A stretch of DNA of 64,000 nucleotides from positions 3,712,980 to 3,776,979 of the forward strand of contig NW_002060947.1 in the NCBI RefSeq assembly GCF_000150275.1, in the 5' to 3' direction. Made by a program: the position numbers and the translations under genes. Source of the stretch: Trichoplax adhaerens (lineage: Eukaryota > Animalia > Placozoa). How positions within the stretch are numbered: the first letter of the stretch is position 1; the number at the start of each line of letters is the position of its first letter. The notes beneath the pieces were generated by a model. That model ran no database searches and was not told where the DNA came from. It saw only the letters and a list, made by a program, of their open reading frames with translations. Below are positions 40,347 through 54,822 of this stretch, piece after piece.

Positions 40347-43300
40347 TTAGAAGAGGCTACGGCATAAGGGACATGTTGATTGATTGCTGGTATTGAACCA
40401 TTTATACTATCAAAATATTGAAAAGCAAATGTCAGAACTGAAATTGATAATACTAACAGTTTAATGTTACCATATAGCCAAATTACTTCATTAATTAAAT
40501 AAAGCAACATAACTGTCAAGTAAACTGCAAAAGTTATTTTTACATCCATGTAAAAATAGCAACTTACCAAACATGTTGAATGAAATTTTTTCTTACAAGT
40601 TTTGCAAGTAAGTTTGGGTAATGCCAAGTTTGAACTGTGTATTACAGAGAAGCAAATCATGCATTCTTCAAGACCTTCAAATTTCTTGTCAATATTACGT
40701 TTCCATAAAGCCAAGCTATCAATTATAGTTCCATTCTGTAAGATCGTTTAACAAGACATTACGATAAAAATATAACGTGAATTACATTAGTAACATAAGT
40801 GGTTGATTTTTAATCGTGTAGAATCTAGTCTTGATCATATTATTACATATCCTTTTAATATAATAACGTATTTAATAATACTGCAATGGCTTCTAATGCT
40901 ACGATATCACCCTACTTGATTTGACAAAAAGGTGGTCATTTGCAATATCCAATTCCGCCATTGTCCAATAGGCACACCAATTCTCTGTCCAGTCTCAACA
41001 ATAACAGTACGGAGAGGATGATTTGCGGCAAGTCTAACTATTAGCTCCATCGATACTTCACCCATTGTATATGTAGCTATGACTTCATTTAGCGAAGTTC
41101 TTGTTCTTATCTATATTCATTAAACCAGCAGTTTCCGGACGTGAATATATAAATTTTCTACGATTAAATTTCATTGTCTAGTCAAGTATAACTAAATTAG
41201 TTCTAAATTACTATCCAGAACCTAAAATGTGTTTATCACTTCCAACAGCATCATAAGTCTTTGATAAACGTATACTCATTTTATAATACCTCCATGTTAT
41301 CAAGAACTAAGGATGAATTCTGCACGAATTCCATTTCTTTACGGACCAAAGAAGGACTAACATAGTTTATGGTATACCTAGAACAAATAATTTTGCATAG
41401 TACGTGTATTAAATGTCGATTAAACATATTCAAAATAAAAATATCCGACAGGCATCACCGATATTACACAACTAAGAATTCACTTAAACAATAAATTAAA
41501 AGCATTTCGTAGTGCAGATGGTGAAAGCAATAAATTTATCAAATGCTATATCCTAAAAATTAATGATACAGTATATGTATGATTATGTAAGCACCATTTC
41601 GACAATTGTTTGCATAACAATGCTGACAGTTTCTAAAAATATTCAACTGAATAATACCTTTCTGCATCGATTGCTCGCTTCTTCTCTAGACTATTCCACC
41701 ACTGGCGAACTACTACCGGCATGTATTGCATGATGTTATAGCAAACCATACACGATACCATTTGAATTAGTTCCCATAATGACTTACAATCTAAACGTAT
41801 AACATACAACACTTCAGTATCAGTAACAGCAAGTAATTATATACTGTACTGTATTCTATGACTACAAACCTGTAGCATCAACATGCAATGATTCATAGAA
41901 TAACTCTTGAACGGTATATTCAGAATTTCCAAGTTGGAGATAAATACACTTTTCCTTCGTACTCGCATGTGGTTTTATACTCCGTTTTGCTGACGGCATG
42001 ATGTAAAATAGAGTATCCAATAACATCGTCACGGAGGTACATTGTTTTAAGTAAGCGATATACAGTAAACGTAGCTATAAAAATCAAAGAAATTTACAAA
42101 CAATGTTTCAGTTGGAATAATAAAAGAAAATATGGTATAAAATATTTGATTAATTGCCAGCTGTGTTATACCTTAAGACTAGATTTGGAAATCATCTCGA
42201 TAATTAACCGCCATGAAAGGAGATAACTTAAAATCGATCTTTGATCGCTGTCACTGAATTCTTCTTCGTTTAATTCTCCCTTACCTACTGACTTCGTAGG
42301 TATACTTTGAATAACTTTTAATACAGAATTGATAATCTCAAGTAGAGCAGCTGGTAGAGACCTGAAAATCAAGGACAACGTAAGAGTTAAACTTCATTTG
42401 CTAAACTCTGAAATTTTAGACAGTACCTTGTCATATCATCAATGTCCTCAGATAAAGACTCTTCATCCATCGTAACTGTACGAGGTACTGTCCTAATAGC
42501 GTTATATCGTATAAATGAACGATATCAGTACGATTGTGCACAACAAATTTAAAACGAATTGCTTAGACACAATTAAATTTATGGCGATCCTGTAACCTCA
42601 TTAAGAGATGGAAGATAGTCACAGAAATTGAGACAGGGCGCGATTTCATTAATGGACATAAATAATCCCACAACGAATTAGAACTTGATTCACCAAATGA
42701 CAAAACTTCAGAGAGAATCAAGATAAAGTTATCAGAGTTCAAAAAGGTAACTGGCATTTTCAAAGCAACGGCTGATACATTCTTTAATAGATACGATAAT
42801 GGAATCATATTGCTGAAGCCTATTCCAGAGGAATCTAATGCAGCTTGAAAAAATATTTATTTATTAAAAAGTTGAATTAGCAATTAAAACTGGCAATAGA
42901 AGATAACGTACTAGCTAACTGCAGGAAGTAGCTCATCGTTACTGAAAATGCAGACTCCCTGTAAACATCTGACCACTCCATTTTCAAATTTGACGGTATA
43001 TAGGGTTGATTTCGTCGTCTTGCCGAAAGTGTCGACGTATGCATTAGGCAACCATCCATCAACAGAAGGAGCTTAAAAGCTTCATTAAAGAACTTCATCT
43101 TTATGATTGAGAAACTGGCGCCGCGATTATATTCATTTGCATTCTGACATGACTGAAATATTATGATAAGAATGCTTTTTCAATTGTTCATATATATGAG
43201 AATAAAAAAACTTAGTAATATTTTACATTACTTGGATTCTAAACGACATGCGTAAATCGTATTTTTTAGACTGCTAAATAACGGTAGTACAGTACCGCAG

Positions 43301-46300
43301 TGGTCACAATCAATTATACTTAAGATGTAAGGAAAAGAATACGAAATAAAAGTATTGTAGTGACTAATCATTATAAACATTATCCTAAATACTTAATAGA
43401 CTTACCTGAAGCCAACCCACAGTACAGCATAATGCAAAGTCCCACATTAAGTCGTCGAACAAAATTATTCCAGATGAAATTGCGTTATTTATAAAGCATA
43501 TCATTGCTTCATTTAAGGAGACTATTCCAGTGGAAAGCTCATCGATATTGCTAGATACAATAAATTGCAATAAATTTATCATATATGTATGTAGCCTCTT
43601 AAACGGTTATTTTATACTAAAATAAAGCATACCATTGAAATGCGAAGATGTCTAAATGATTATCTTTAAGAGCTCCCAGCATGCGTATTACATTTGCGAT
43701 ATAATCGACCATAGATGTTGGATTTTGATTTTGCTTTTGCATAGTTTTAAATACGCATGATATGACGTTTAAGTATGAGCCTATTTCTATATGTAATCAC
43801 ACAGAAGCGGCGATAGTAAAGATCATTTTAGAGCTACCGTTAAAACATAGATAAAACATACAGTGCATGCTAATAATAATTAATAGAACGAGTACTTACG
43901 TAGCAACCAGTCTACGGATACCTCCATTTCCATGTTTAACATAGCTTTAACTTGATTAAAGCACATTTCTAATATCTTTGAATTCTGTGCCAAATCTAAA
44001 TAAGATACAATAACTTGCAAAGTATGCATGTTACCCATGTTCATAAAGCCCCTGCACAAGCAAAAATACAAGTATCACACAGCAGAAAATCACGTACAGG
44101 ATTAGCAAATATTTTCTCAAAAATTTTCAGCTACTGATTTCGCACCTTGAAATATAATCAGAAGATACAATTTGATCGATATGAGTAACAGGTATCCCTT
44201 TACGGAGCGAACCGCACAAATCTACATATACAAAAGGCCATATTCCTCCATTATCCATTGATCTATTTGGTAGAGATTATAATTATTATGGCAAAACTTG
44301 AAGACGGTTACAATAATAAGGGGCAGCATTAAAATCATGATATTGCCTAAAATTACCTCTTGTAACATTCCGAAATGAGATAGTCAGTATCGATTTCAGA
44401 AATTTCTGCAGTTAATACACTAAGATTGCTTTTAATAAGCTCTAACACCTTTTTAAGAAATGTTTCAGTTGAGATAATGGGGCTTTTTCTCACCTAAAGA
44501 GAAAATCATACCACATTAATAATCCTTTAAAATGACGTATGTTGTTCATGTATTTTCGTAAAGTATACCAAAAATGTTTTACATTTACGTCTACATAGAA
44601 GCATCATTAAATGTATTACCATATACGAATGTTCTGACTCCATTGATGTTATCGTAAGTTTGCATAATTCCTGACAGTAGATAATATCTAGCAGGCAATC
44701 ATTGCGCGATAAATAGTTATCATATATTGAAGTTAAAACTTTAGTGCTAGTTTCCATGGATTCAATAAAACTGCAATGTGCCAGAGAATGGTTTTCGGGC
44801 GTAGCCTGTTCGTCTAGTAACTCATAATCTTCGTCTGACGAATCTGTAATGTCTTCGATATATTCTGTCATGTCACTCTCTGAATCAGACAAGTTTGATT
44901 CATTATGGCATTTAACAACTCTCATACCGAGAGAAGAAACAAACAGCATCTCCTTAATGTAGGATGGAAAAGCCTTTTGAGGCTCATCAGCGAATATATA
45001 ATAATCCTGTAACCACGATTCATCGAAGGAAATAATACCTTCGAAGTATGGGTAAATCAACCACTAAAACAATGGATGAATACAATTTATGATTTCAAAA
45101 TATTAAATTTGATATGGAGCAGAAAAGACATTTTTATTTGATATATAAAAATTCGTAACATTGCGGTATAGATATAGGGAATATCTCATTAATTCAAATT
45201 TTTTGTACCTCTTTGTATGACCATCTGCATGCCTTTTCTCTTAATTTATCAAATTCTTCACGATTTCCAAGCAGAATCTTCATTATATTATCTTGCGGGT
45301 TTCTCAATACATTATCTGAGCCTGCATTAGTTTTTGTTTCAATTTCCAAGCACAATAACAGGATTGAACTGTTTACTAAATTCTGAATCCTAATTAAGAA
45401 AACACCATAATACAAATTCTATAACTCAAATAGTGATTAAACGGTCAAACAATCGAATAATTCAGTAATTACCTGACAAATTGTTGACATCCTTCGCTGT
45501 GAAGGCATTCCTTTAACCACATAGCGGCTTTTTCGATGAAAGATAGGTTAAAGCGCGTACTATATTGAAGTATTTCTTGTATCTCTATTTGCACTTCAGC
45601 TAAAGGTTATGAAATGGAATTTAATCTGATTATTATATGTCCGTATCATTAAAATTTTATAGATTGAACTACATAAATTTTGTTATACTTTCTAAGATAA
45701 TCTAAACCCAATTTATCTACATACAGCAAGCTACGTGTTTAGTATACTATACATAACTTAGACAAGAATAAGTTAGAAAGGATTTACCGTCTCAATGATT
45801 CGATACCTTCAAATTTTATATCAATTGTTTACGTACTTGCAATTGGTTCCGTACAGCAGGTCAGTTTGAAGCATTCATATAGTAAATCCTCCACAATCGC
45901 TGATAAAATTTTTCTATCCTAAATACATACACATGTAATAATCACTTCATATTCTCCATGTGGTTAAGCTAACACATACATGTATTCCGCAAAACTTCAA
46001 ACTACAAATAAATGTCTTGCAACATTAACGAGCTGTCACACGGTTGAGATACTATTTTTAGCTGATGATGAACACAAACAGACCAAGTAATAAGTACTTT
46101 AACAGATGAAACAATACCTCAATTAATTTCAAATAATGTCTCAGTGTGCAAATCGTTGCAGCGATTTCTTTTGAACGACCATAATTGGTGGTATCTCTTA
46201 TAAAGTCGTGAAATTGTGAAAGAACGATTTCGATCGTATTTGATTGCAATATAAAATCTGAAATAAAAGAAGTAATTATCTCAACATAACTTGAAGAATT

Positions 46301-49300
46301 ATTAAAATACACAAAATAGGCATCACAGAAACAATGCGACATTTTGAATAATTTACAAACCTTGATCTAACTTGTTGAAACATTTTGTTAAGATTTTCCA
46401 CTCATCACTACTGTCGTGATTTGGCCCATTAGAATTTGCACTACCGTACAAATTATCCACTAGACGCAATATAGACTTATTGAAAATGGTACTTTTCAGC
46501 CATACTCTGTTGTTATTCTGAAGCACCTACAATAAAATTTGTCATAAGCAAGCAACAGGTCAAGCAAAAATATCATATTAAACATTGAAGAGATAAATAA
46601 ACGTCTTTTACCTTACTAAGATACAGCTGTATCATGGAGACATTGTCCATATCCTATTGATACATAAAACCAATAAATTATACATGCCGTAATTCTATAT
46701 TAGAAGCAGTTTCTTCTTTTCGATGAATTGTATTTACACTACCTTCCATAAATCTTCCAGCACTTCTAGTTGTAAATCTTGAGGCAGAAGGTTTAAGAGT
46801 GAATCTGCTAACTGTGAAGCTGAACTTATAGCAATTTTAGCCTTATTCCTATCAATTGAAATGATGTCATGAGCCCAAGGTATAATATTTCCACGCATAA
46901 ATGACGAAACATTCTGTGCCAATGTCTTCGTATCTTTTTCAATAGGATCGACATCGATTAATTTTTTGAGTATTTCGGTAGAAGCAAACTTATACGTTAA
47001 TTTAGATAGAAATACCAAATGAGGGCACTTTCTGTTCGAAATAGTTTGACTGGTAATTTTGTGACATAGGGAAGAGGTTAATTTATAACATTCTTGGCTC
47101 AGTAATTGTTGATATTTTGAAGATACTTGATTAGCTGATGGCTTATTATTCATTTCCCGATCGGAATAGTTGCGACTGCCATCAGTAAATGAAACTGTTT
47201 TTCTTAACATTTTAGTCGCTGAACCACCTTGTAGTCCACAAGTTAAAATCAGGTCTGCCAACCGTTGTAATGAGTGAAGATAGTCCTATTCAACGGATAT
47301 TTACATAGTTAATAAATTATCTACCGATTATTTTCTATCGGTAAATATTACTTTTTAAGTAATATTTACATCGATTACAACTAATACCTCATTAATGCCT
47401 TGAAAAGATTCGTCGATTATGTCTCCACATATACACTCAAATTTATTCCAAAATTTAAACCACAAGGAGTTTTCCTTATCACAAACAGCAGTTTCATCTT
47501 CTCTCTGATCAGAATGTATTTTTGCTAGTTTAAGAAGGAATTTATTCGTATTTGTGTACAAGCACGAATTAGCCAATAGTGGAGAATGAGCAATCAAAGA
47601 GACCTTCAGTAGTGGTAACATCTATGTGAATGATATAACCTCAGTTATTAACTAATCATGAATTGTATTAAAACATTTTAACCATTAGAAATATCGATCA
47701 TTTACCTGGTCAGTTAAAACGTATGATGCAACATCATCGAAAGTGCCTGTTGATGAATGCGAGGCTATAGTGTGGTAAATACACTCAACAAAAGCCGACA
47801 CAATTGCTGAACACTCCGCTATACCTTGGCTAATGTGTAAATTATTCAACCTAATATCATTGAGTAATAAATCATCAGTCACTTAATCTTAAAACAATTT
47901 AAAAGTTGAAACTTATGTCCCTGGTGATAATAATACTTTTATAAAAGGGAAGATTAGGTATGTCAATCGTTATGCACGTTCTATAATAAATGCTAACCCT
48001 TCCCGAATATTAGAAAAAAATAAGCGATAAAATTCAGTGCCACCACCAGTGACCTAAAAAGATAATTTGAAAGTAAATTTGATTTTTTACTAGCAATTAA
48101 AAAATAAAAAAGGCATATTTTTTAGAAATAGCATCATGCATTTAAGGACAGAAGTACATTGCAGTAGTTCACTTAAAGAGTAGGTTACGTGAATTTATCT
48201 TGCAGAAGTACTCAAGTATAGACTCTTCAATCAGTGCAAATTTCGCTAGGCCAATGAATTAACGATATAGCATTGAGTTTGTAATAAGCGGAAAAATCTG
48301 TCTGATACCTCAATAGGAATTTTACTTAGGAATGGCAGCAATGCTGGAAATATCACAGAAGCTGAACCATTTCCATTCGAACGCAACAACTGCCATAATT
48401 TCGGCAAGACACTTTTCCTAGCACTCACATGATCCCAGCAGTCCTTAGTATTTAGGCATACGATTAATATTTACAATTGAAGGCTTTATTAACTTTTTAA
48501 GATTGCAACACATAACTGCTATATATTACCTGTACTTGAGTGACAACAAGTAAGATTGCATCCCATAAGGACCGGCAAACTAATGGTTCTGTATCGTCAA
48601 TAGAACCAAGTATTAGAGGACATGCTTTCGAGTTGCTGTTGCTTGAAGTAGATGGTAAATGCTGATAATAAATTGCCATCAATGTGAAAAATGCTGATCG
48701 AATCTGGAAATAGAAAAATAATTAATTTTGAAAACCTGCTTGATCAAGATGAAAAATAGAAACTAATAAAAACTATCATAGCATAAGAATTATTTCAAAA
48801 TAAATAATAAATTTGCTGTACCATAGGTGAATCACTTTTTCCGAGTTTCCAAAATTTTGCTGTATCTAAAATTTCCGAAAAAGGGGCTGTATCGAAATCT
48901 TCGATATCATTAGGAGCCAAAGTATTAATTACTTGTCCTAATGCTAGTAACGATGATGCAACTACCCGTTGATACTTCGATTCCATATCATCCGTAGAAA
49001 TATTGCTAAATATATGTATAAAATAAACGGCGGAAATATTTATTCTGTCAATAATATCAGGGATATTGGTCAAAAACGCCAACTGTACCACTCGTGTAAA
49101 TAACACATTTAAATCATAGAAACTCACCCTGTATTGCTTAATGTCGCAGGAGTATGGACAAAGAGATTCTCCTTGATGTGCTACAAAGGTGAATCAAATA
49201 AAGCGAAAGAACAAACATAAGTTAAATAGCATTAAAGCCGTTACAGCAGTTACATTACTAATCAATAAGTACGTCTTTTACTATATAATACTTTAATACA

Positions 49301-52300
49301 TTCATCAAATAGTATCATAATTAAATCTAAGTACGAAAAACTATAGATTGTTACCGTGATGGTCTCCTCTAAACAAAATTTCATAACTTCAGCTCTCTTT
49401 AATGGAGGAAAAGCAGTATCAAAAGCAACTTTTGCAGCTGTTGCAGCAGGAGCATAGCTATCATGATGACTACATAACCAACAACCAATGATTGACTTAA
49501 GATGCGGAGCAAGTCGACGGCGCACACACTTAACAATACTTAGTAAGGCCTGCTGTGTTGCTTCTCGTACCTTTCTATCAACATCCTATATTATTATTTG
49601 AGATAACATAAATCACATTATAAATTAAAGAAACATATTATGATCGTTATAAGTTTATTATAAAATGCAACAAGCCTATGACCGAGATTTGTAATGCTTT
49701 TCATAAGACTTTACAGAAAACAATAAAGATTTCAAGATATTCACTGCTTATATATACAGTAATATACGATGTGTACAGTACAGCTTCTTGGATATACAGT
49801 ACATTATCCTGCATTTTATCAGGGGAGATTACAATTACAAATATATCTTACGTAAGCTAAACGGTTGTAACTTCTTGTCCAAGAATGCAGCAATCCGATG
49901 ATTTCCTCAATCGGTTTATCCAAGCATAGCTCCGCTAATTCTTGTAATGCCTGAAATACAGCGAGTGACATATAGATATCAGTAATTTCTATTATCATGA
50001 TGATAAATCAAATGTAGCCAACTACCAAAATCGATGCTACGAATAAAGACTATATCGAAAAAAATCATTTCAGCGCGCAGTAACCGTACAGTTAGAACCG
50101 CTAGGTGAATTTAGCAATTCATTATCCTCAATCAGATAATTGATGTCATACAGTAAGATTTTCAAAGTTTATGTATTGAAATAAAATTAATTACTAAGTA
50201 TCGTAGCTTGTGTAGGTTTTATGGATTTGCAAAGCAGATATCACCAATTGTAAACTGGCTATATCATCTACCACGGCTAATTTGCAATAATTACTATTCT
50301 AAATAAACGACTACCAAGTCAGAAATTGTTAGCACAAAATGGCTAATTTGTAATTAATGTAGACTAATAATAATTCCAGTATTTTTAATTAAATTCCATA
50401 ACAAAGGTTAAGTTTTTCATCCATAGGTCTCTGGAACTACGTACGTAATCTTTCTAATAATAAATCTAGCGAGTCTGCTTTGGATGTTAGTATTAGTGAA
50501 GAATGTCTTCGCAATACTATTTAATAAACTGTCTAACTATAATCAAAATTAAGTTATACCTTCAGTCTCGTCAGAGAATCCTTCTTAGATAATTTCTTGA
50601 TTATAATACGGAAATCGGGACTAATATTACTATCATCTTCATTAGGAGGCCCAGAGCCAGATACAGTTGCAAAGCCAATAAAACCAGTCGTATCGGCTCC
50701 TTTTCTAGCCAAATGATCCGCCGCTCTACCACTGTTGGAAGCCTACAACATTTAAATTGCAAAAATATTTTTCGATTACGCACTACGTCTATAATAAAAT
50801 GGTAATTATGATATTTGCCATATACGTAAGTATATCATGTATAGTAGTTCTACAGTATCATTTACGTGTATAACTAACTGTCTATCTAAACGTCTACTGT
50901 ATAAGAAAAGTAGCATAAATGATCACAGCAACTTATTATCATAATTTTCATTACACAGAACAGTATAATATCATGTACAGTAGTTGTACAGTATCATTTA
51001 TGTGCGTAGCTGACTATCTATCTCAACGTCTGCTATGTACGAAAAGTAGGTGTAATAAATGCGTCTCACCATAACTATCCTAGTCAGATGGTATTTTCTA
51101 AAAGACTTTTATTACAAGGTTTTAGGAATAGTAGAGCAATAATTAATTACTACAAGAATCTAGTCTAAAATCTAAAGTATTACGAGCTCAAAGCGAAGTG
51201 AAGTCTCTTCTTCCCTGTGAGCTCATCTCTGCAGTTCTTATAAACATTTCCTTAAATCCATTTATGACAACTTGATTAATCTACAATCAGATATGAGTCA
51301 TCAAATAAAATAGTTTTCTCTAACAGTACATCATTATTTTCTACAATCTGAATCATTCTACTTAAGATGGCACTATTCTTCTATTAACATCTAGGCCCTT
51401 TCTTCGAAGGGCATCTTAACTACAGCGTTTCTAGCTACATCAATCTTGTACCATAATTAGTCAACTGGCTACTATTAGTCATCAATGATTTCTAATATAA
51501 TAGTTAGCAATCATCTAATAATAGCTTCACGGTAATATCTATTCAAAGCAACCTAACTATATCAAATATAGCTATCCGTATAATCAAATATGGGTGCATC
51601 ACTACAGTAGGATAAATGATCACAGCAACTTATTATCATAATTTTCATTCTACTGTACAGTATAATAAAGTGATAATTACGATATTTGCTGTAATATGTA
51701 GTTCTATAATAAGGGATTATCCATCTAAATGCCTGTTCTATCGCATATCAGAAAAATAATAACTGTAGTTATAGTCTGTAACAACTGTGTCACTTCGAGT
51801 ATTGTTACCCATGAACGAAAATTGTAGTACCAATATTTTTATGTGATTATTTTGAATCAAGCAAATTCACTTGTCATGCTATTTATAATAACAATAGTGT
51901 ATGAACTACTAGCAATGTATGATATAAAGCATTCATTGCAGGACGTTATCATGTAAAAGCCGCTATCACGAATGGGAAGCATGGTGATCACGCTATAAAA
52001 TACAACATAATAATCAATTTACTTGGGGGGAACGAAAAATTTAGATCGCTTGTGATCTGTGCTGTGAGCGAGTCATGACGATCACTCCATTTACAATAGT
52101 AAATACTGTAAGGACTCAGCAATTCAATACTTATTATTAGCATTGATTTGACGATCTAGTAACATAGATGGCTTAACCCGTAGGAATAATAATATTAGTG
52201 ATGCTATATGTGCTTCATTACTAGCATTAGGGATTGTACAGTACTACAGTAAGAGGATAACTTGTTGTGCTCGAGATCTCCAGTATGACACACAATTTGT

Positions 52301-52384
52301 ACGATTGTGACCAAATTCTTCTTCAGTACGCTTGGTGCTTACCCGTAAATTTCCTTTCACTCTTTGCTTGTTTTTATTGCCCAT
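40347..52384 (-). CDS. LTN1: E3 ubiquitin-protein ligase listerin (ribosome quality control), multi-exon
   Basis: The N-terminus reads [25 protein letters not shown]...GFIGF...[13 protein letters not shown], followed by [12 protein letters not shown]...[16 protein letters not shown]. The RWD region reads [25 protein letters not shown]. The C-terminal RING is [61 protein letters not shown] (TAA 40347). Internal HEAT exons were only partly resolved. Confidence 0.96.
50800..51690. repeat. Local diverged duplications in LTN1 intron 1
   Basis: An ~80-bp segment (tatcatgta..tagttctacagtatcattta...aaaagtag) occurs at ~50833-50913 and ~50971-51049. A 37-bp exact match, ataaatgatcacagcaacttattatcataattttcat, occurs at ~50915 and ~51613. 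Confidence 0.8.
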
Positions 52385-52575
52385 AATTCTACCAATTTAT
52401 TCGTTGCTATAACAGCTTTAGATTACAGCCACAATAACAGCATAAATATAATGTCCTCAATAATATATAATGATGATAATAAGGAAACTATATGATAGCA
52501 GTTGGATCTTAAATGGTCTTCTGCTGCACGGTTGCATGGACGACTAGAAATTTTCATGCGCAGTGATGCCACTAG

Positions 52576-52583
52576 TGACGTCA
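52576..52583. promoter_or_regulatory. Palindromic CRE (TGACGTCA) in the LTN1/TIMM13 divergent promoter
   Basis: A perfect consensus CRE ~190 nt upstream of the LTN1 ATG, in a locally GC-richer segment. Function is untested. Confidence 0.4.
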
Positions 52584-52679
52584 GCGGTTGGGTGGATTAG
52601 GCCATCGAGGTGAGCCTCCACTGGTGTGTATCAAAGTACGGTCAGTGTAGAAACGACACGTGCGCTCGTCCGGTCGTGT

Positions 52680-53195
52680 TGCTATACTGTACTATACTGT
52701 ACTGTATACTGACCTTAGTGTCATTGCAAATTTTTTTTTTCAGTATACAGTACAGTAGTCTCGCTAAAGTTGAAGAATTTGATAGAACTTCGTTGTTTCT
52801 GACTCTAAAAGTAACAATCATGGATTGACAAATAATTCATTAACGATACTTATGTACGTGCAAATATCCCTGAAATTGTGTCACGTAGAGAATGACTTTG
52901 TACATTTACAATAAAATCTATCTACAGGTGTAAGCACAGTATGGTCTGTTGTCTGCTTACCTATGACCTGATTGGGGGTTGGCTCAGTTGACCCAATACC
53001 TGGCAATGAGTACAACTAGCAAAAGTCATGTCATTACCACATGCTAATACGCATATGAAATATTGTCTACAGGGTGACATTTGGGGGGGGAGAGCGTTGC
53101 GACTAACCGTGTGCTGGTGCTGTACTGTACAGTACATTTACAGGACAGGTTGAGTCCGAGAAATACAGTACAGTACTGTACTGTACACTGTACAA
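52680..53195. repeat. (GTACW)n arrays in the LTN1/TIMM13 divergent promoter
   Basis: Blocks at ~52680-52760 and ~53118-53195, including the perfect 22-bp palindrome TACAGTACAGTACTGTACTGTA (53164-53185). Confidence 0.85.
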
Positions 53196-54023
53196 TAATA
53201 CTTAAGCATAAGCGCAGCTCCACCGCCTTCTTCCTCGTCTAGGTGAAATAGAAGCCTTCAAAATTGGTAATCCGATCAATTTTTTGGTTATGTTGCAATT
53301 TTATGAACAGCAAATAATAACATTCAAGACTACAACAATATTTAAGTTTCATATTGAAATCTTGCAGTAATATACTGTACAGTAAACACAATCTGTAGTC
53401 AGAGTAGAGCACTTTTATTGCATGATGAAATTGGATATTGCAGAAGTAATAACCATAGATAGCACTATTATTGAAATTCTTAATTTCGCTTTTGCAGTAA
53501 ATAGAGCTGAGGTATAGGCTATCAACTGTACAACGTATACTGCATAATATAGTTTATAAGTATCAAGCCTCATGTTAGAACTAATTTTACGTGCGATAGT
53601 AGCAAACGTGTGCTACAGACCAAGCACTGGAATACCGTCTTGAGATACATACTATATCTCCAATACTGCATGCTTCCAACAACTAATTCATCTCGCAAAC
53701 GTTTTACTCATATGCTGAAAATTTCATTTTATTATTTCTGTAAAATTGTAACTTACAACACTTCTAATTGCACATCTTGACCTCAGACTATAGCTGTTTA
53801 TTAATTGAATGAAAAATTAATGGTACGATTAGTGCTAGGATTAGTAATTTTCGTCTTAACAGCATGAACGAGGTACAAAATTATGAACTAATTGATACAC
53901 GGCCTACTGCATATTCGAATAGTGCTTAGTAATCCATAGCTAAACTAACTACAGAGTTGATATCAGTAACTATACATACATTGTAGTGATTACTTAAGGA
54001 CTTCAATTGATTACAGCTGCAGA

Positions 54024-54822
54024 ATGGATAACTATTCCAGTTCCTCTTTCGGTGGCGGTAGTATGACAAGCAGTCAAAAAGATCAGGTCTTACAGGAACT
54101 CAGAAGTCAGATCGCTCTGGCAAATGCTCAGGAATTGATGCAGGTAGTTATTAAAGTGTTGTTATACGAGCATATAAGATTGCGCTCCGCTTACACGCGC
54201 ACATCGCCAGTAACAGTAAACCTTTAGCAACGATAAAGAATATTCAAGTGCTGTTTTGATAGATCAGATACTGTATTGTAATCTAATTCTCTTATCATGC
54301 ATTACAGTATTCTATAAGACTGCCTTGTAAATTACCCTTTAATTGTTTATGACTCTGTTATTCGTATACTTTTATCTTTATTGTTCATAGAAAATGTCAG
54401 AAAAATGCTTTAAGAAGTGTATATATAAACCTGGAACCCAATTAGACAACTCTGAGCAGGTACAACAAAAGTATAACGTATCGACATGAATCTAGCTTCC
54501 AATTAGTATCAGAATGCAAAACTAATTGATAATAATAGAATCATGGATATTTATTATTTTCAAATGATGTAGGTCATTTTTAACTTTACATGCTATAAAT
54601 CGAAGCAAATTACAGTTTGTTTCATCCCATTCATTTCTTCGTAAATGGTACAACTATTTACGGTATTAACTCCGTATCGCTACAGCTAATTAAACACCGT
54701 GTTTTCTATCCTAGAAATGTCTTGCCATGTGTATGGATCGATATATGGATGCGTGGAATACAGTTTCACGTACATATAATGCACGATTATCAAGAGAACA
54801 TTCAAGTGGCGGCCTTCAATAG
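54024..54822 (+). CDS. TIMM13: Mitochondrial import inner membrane translocase subunit Tim13, 3 coding exons
   Basis: MDNYSSSS...[66 protein letters not shown]...* carries the twin CX3C motif. A non-coding first exon near 53200-53266 is probable. Confidence 0.96.
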
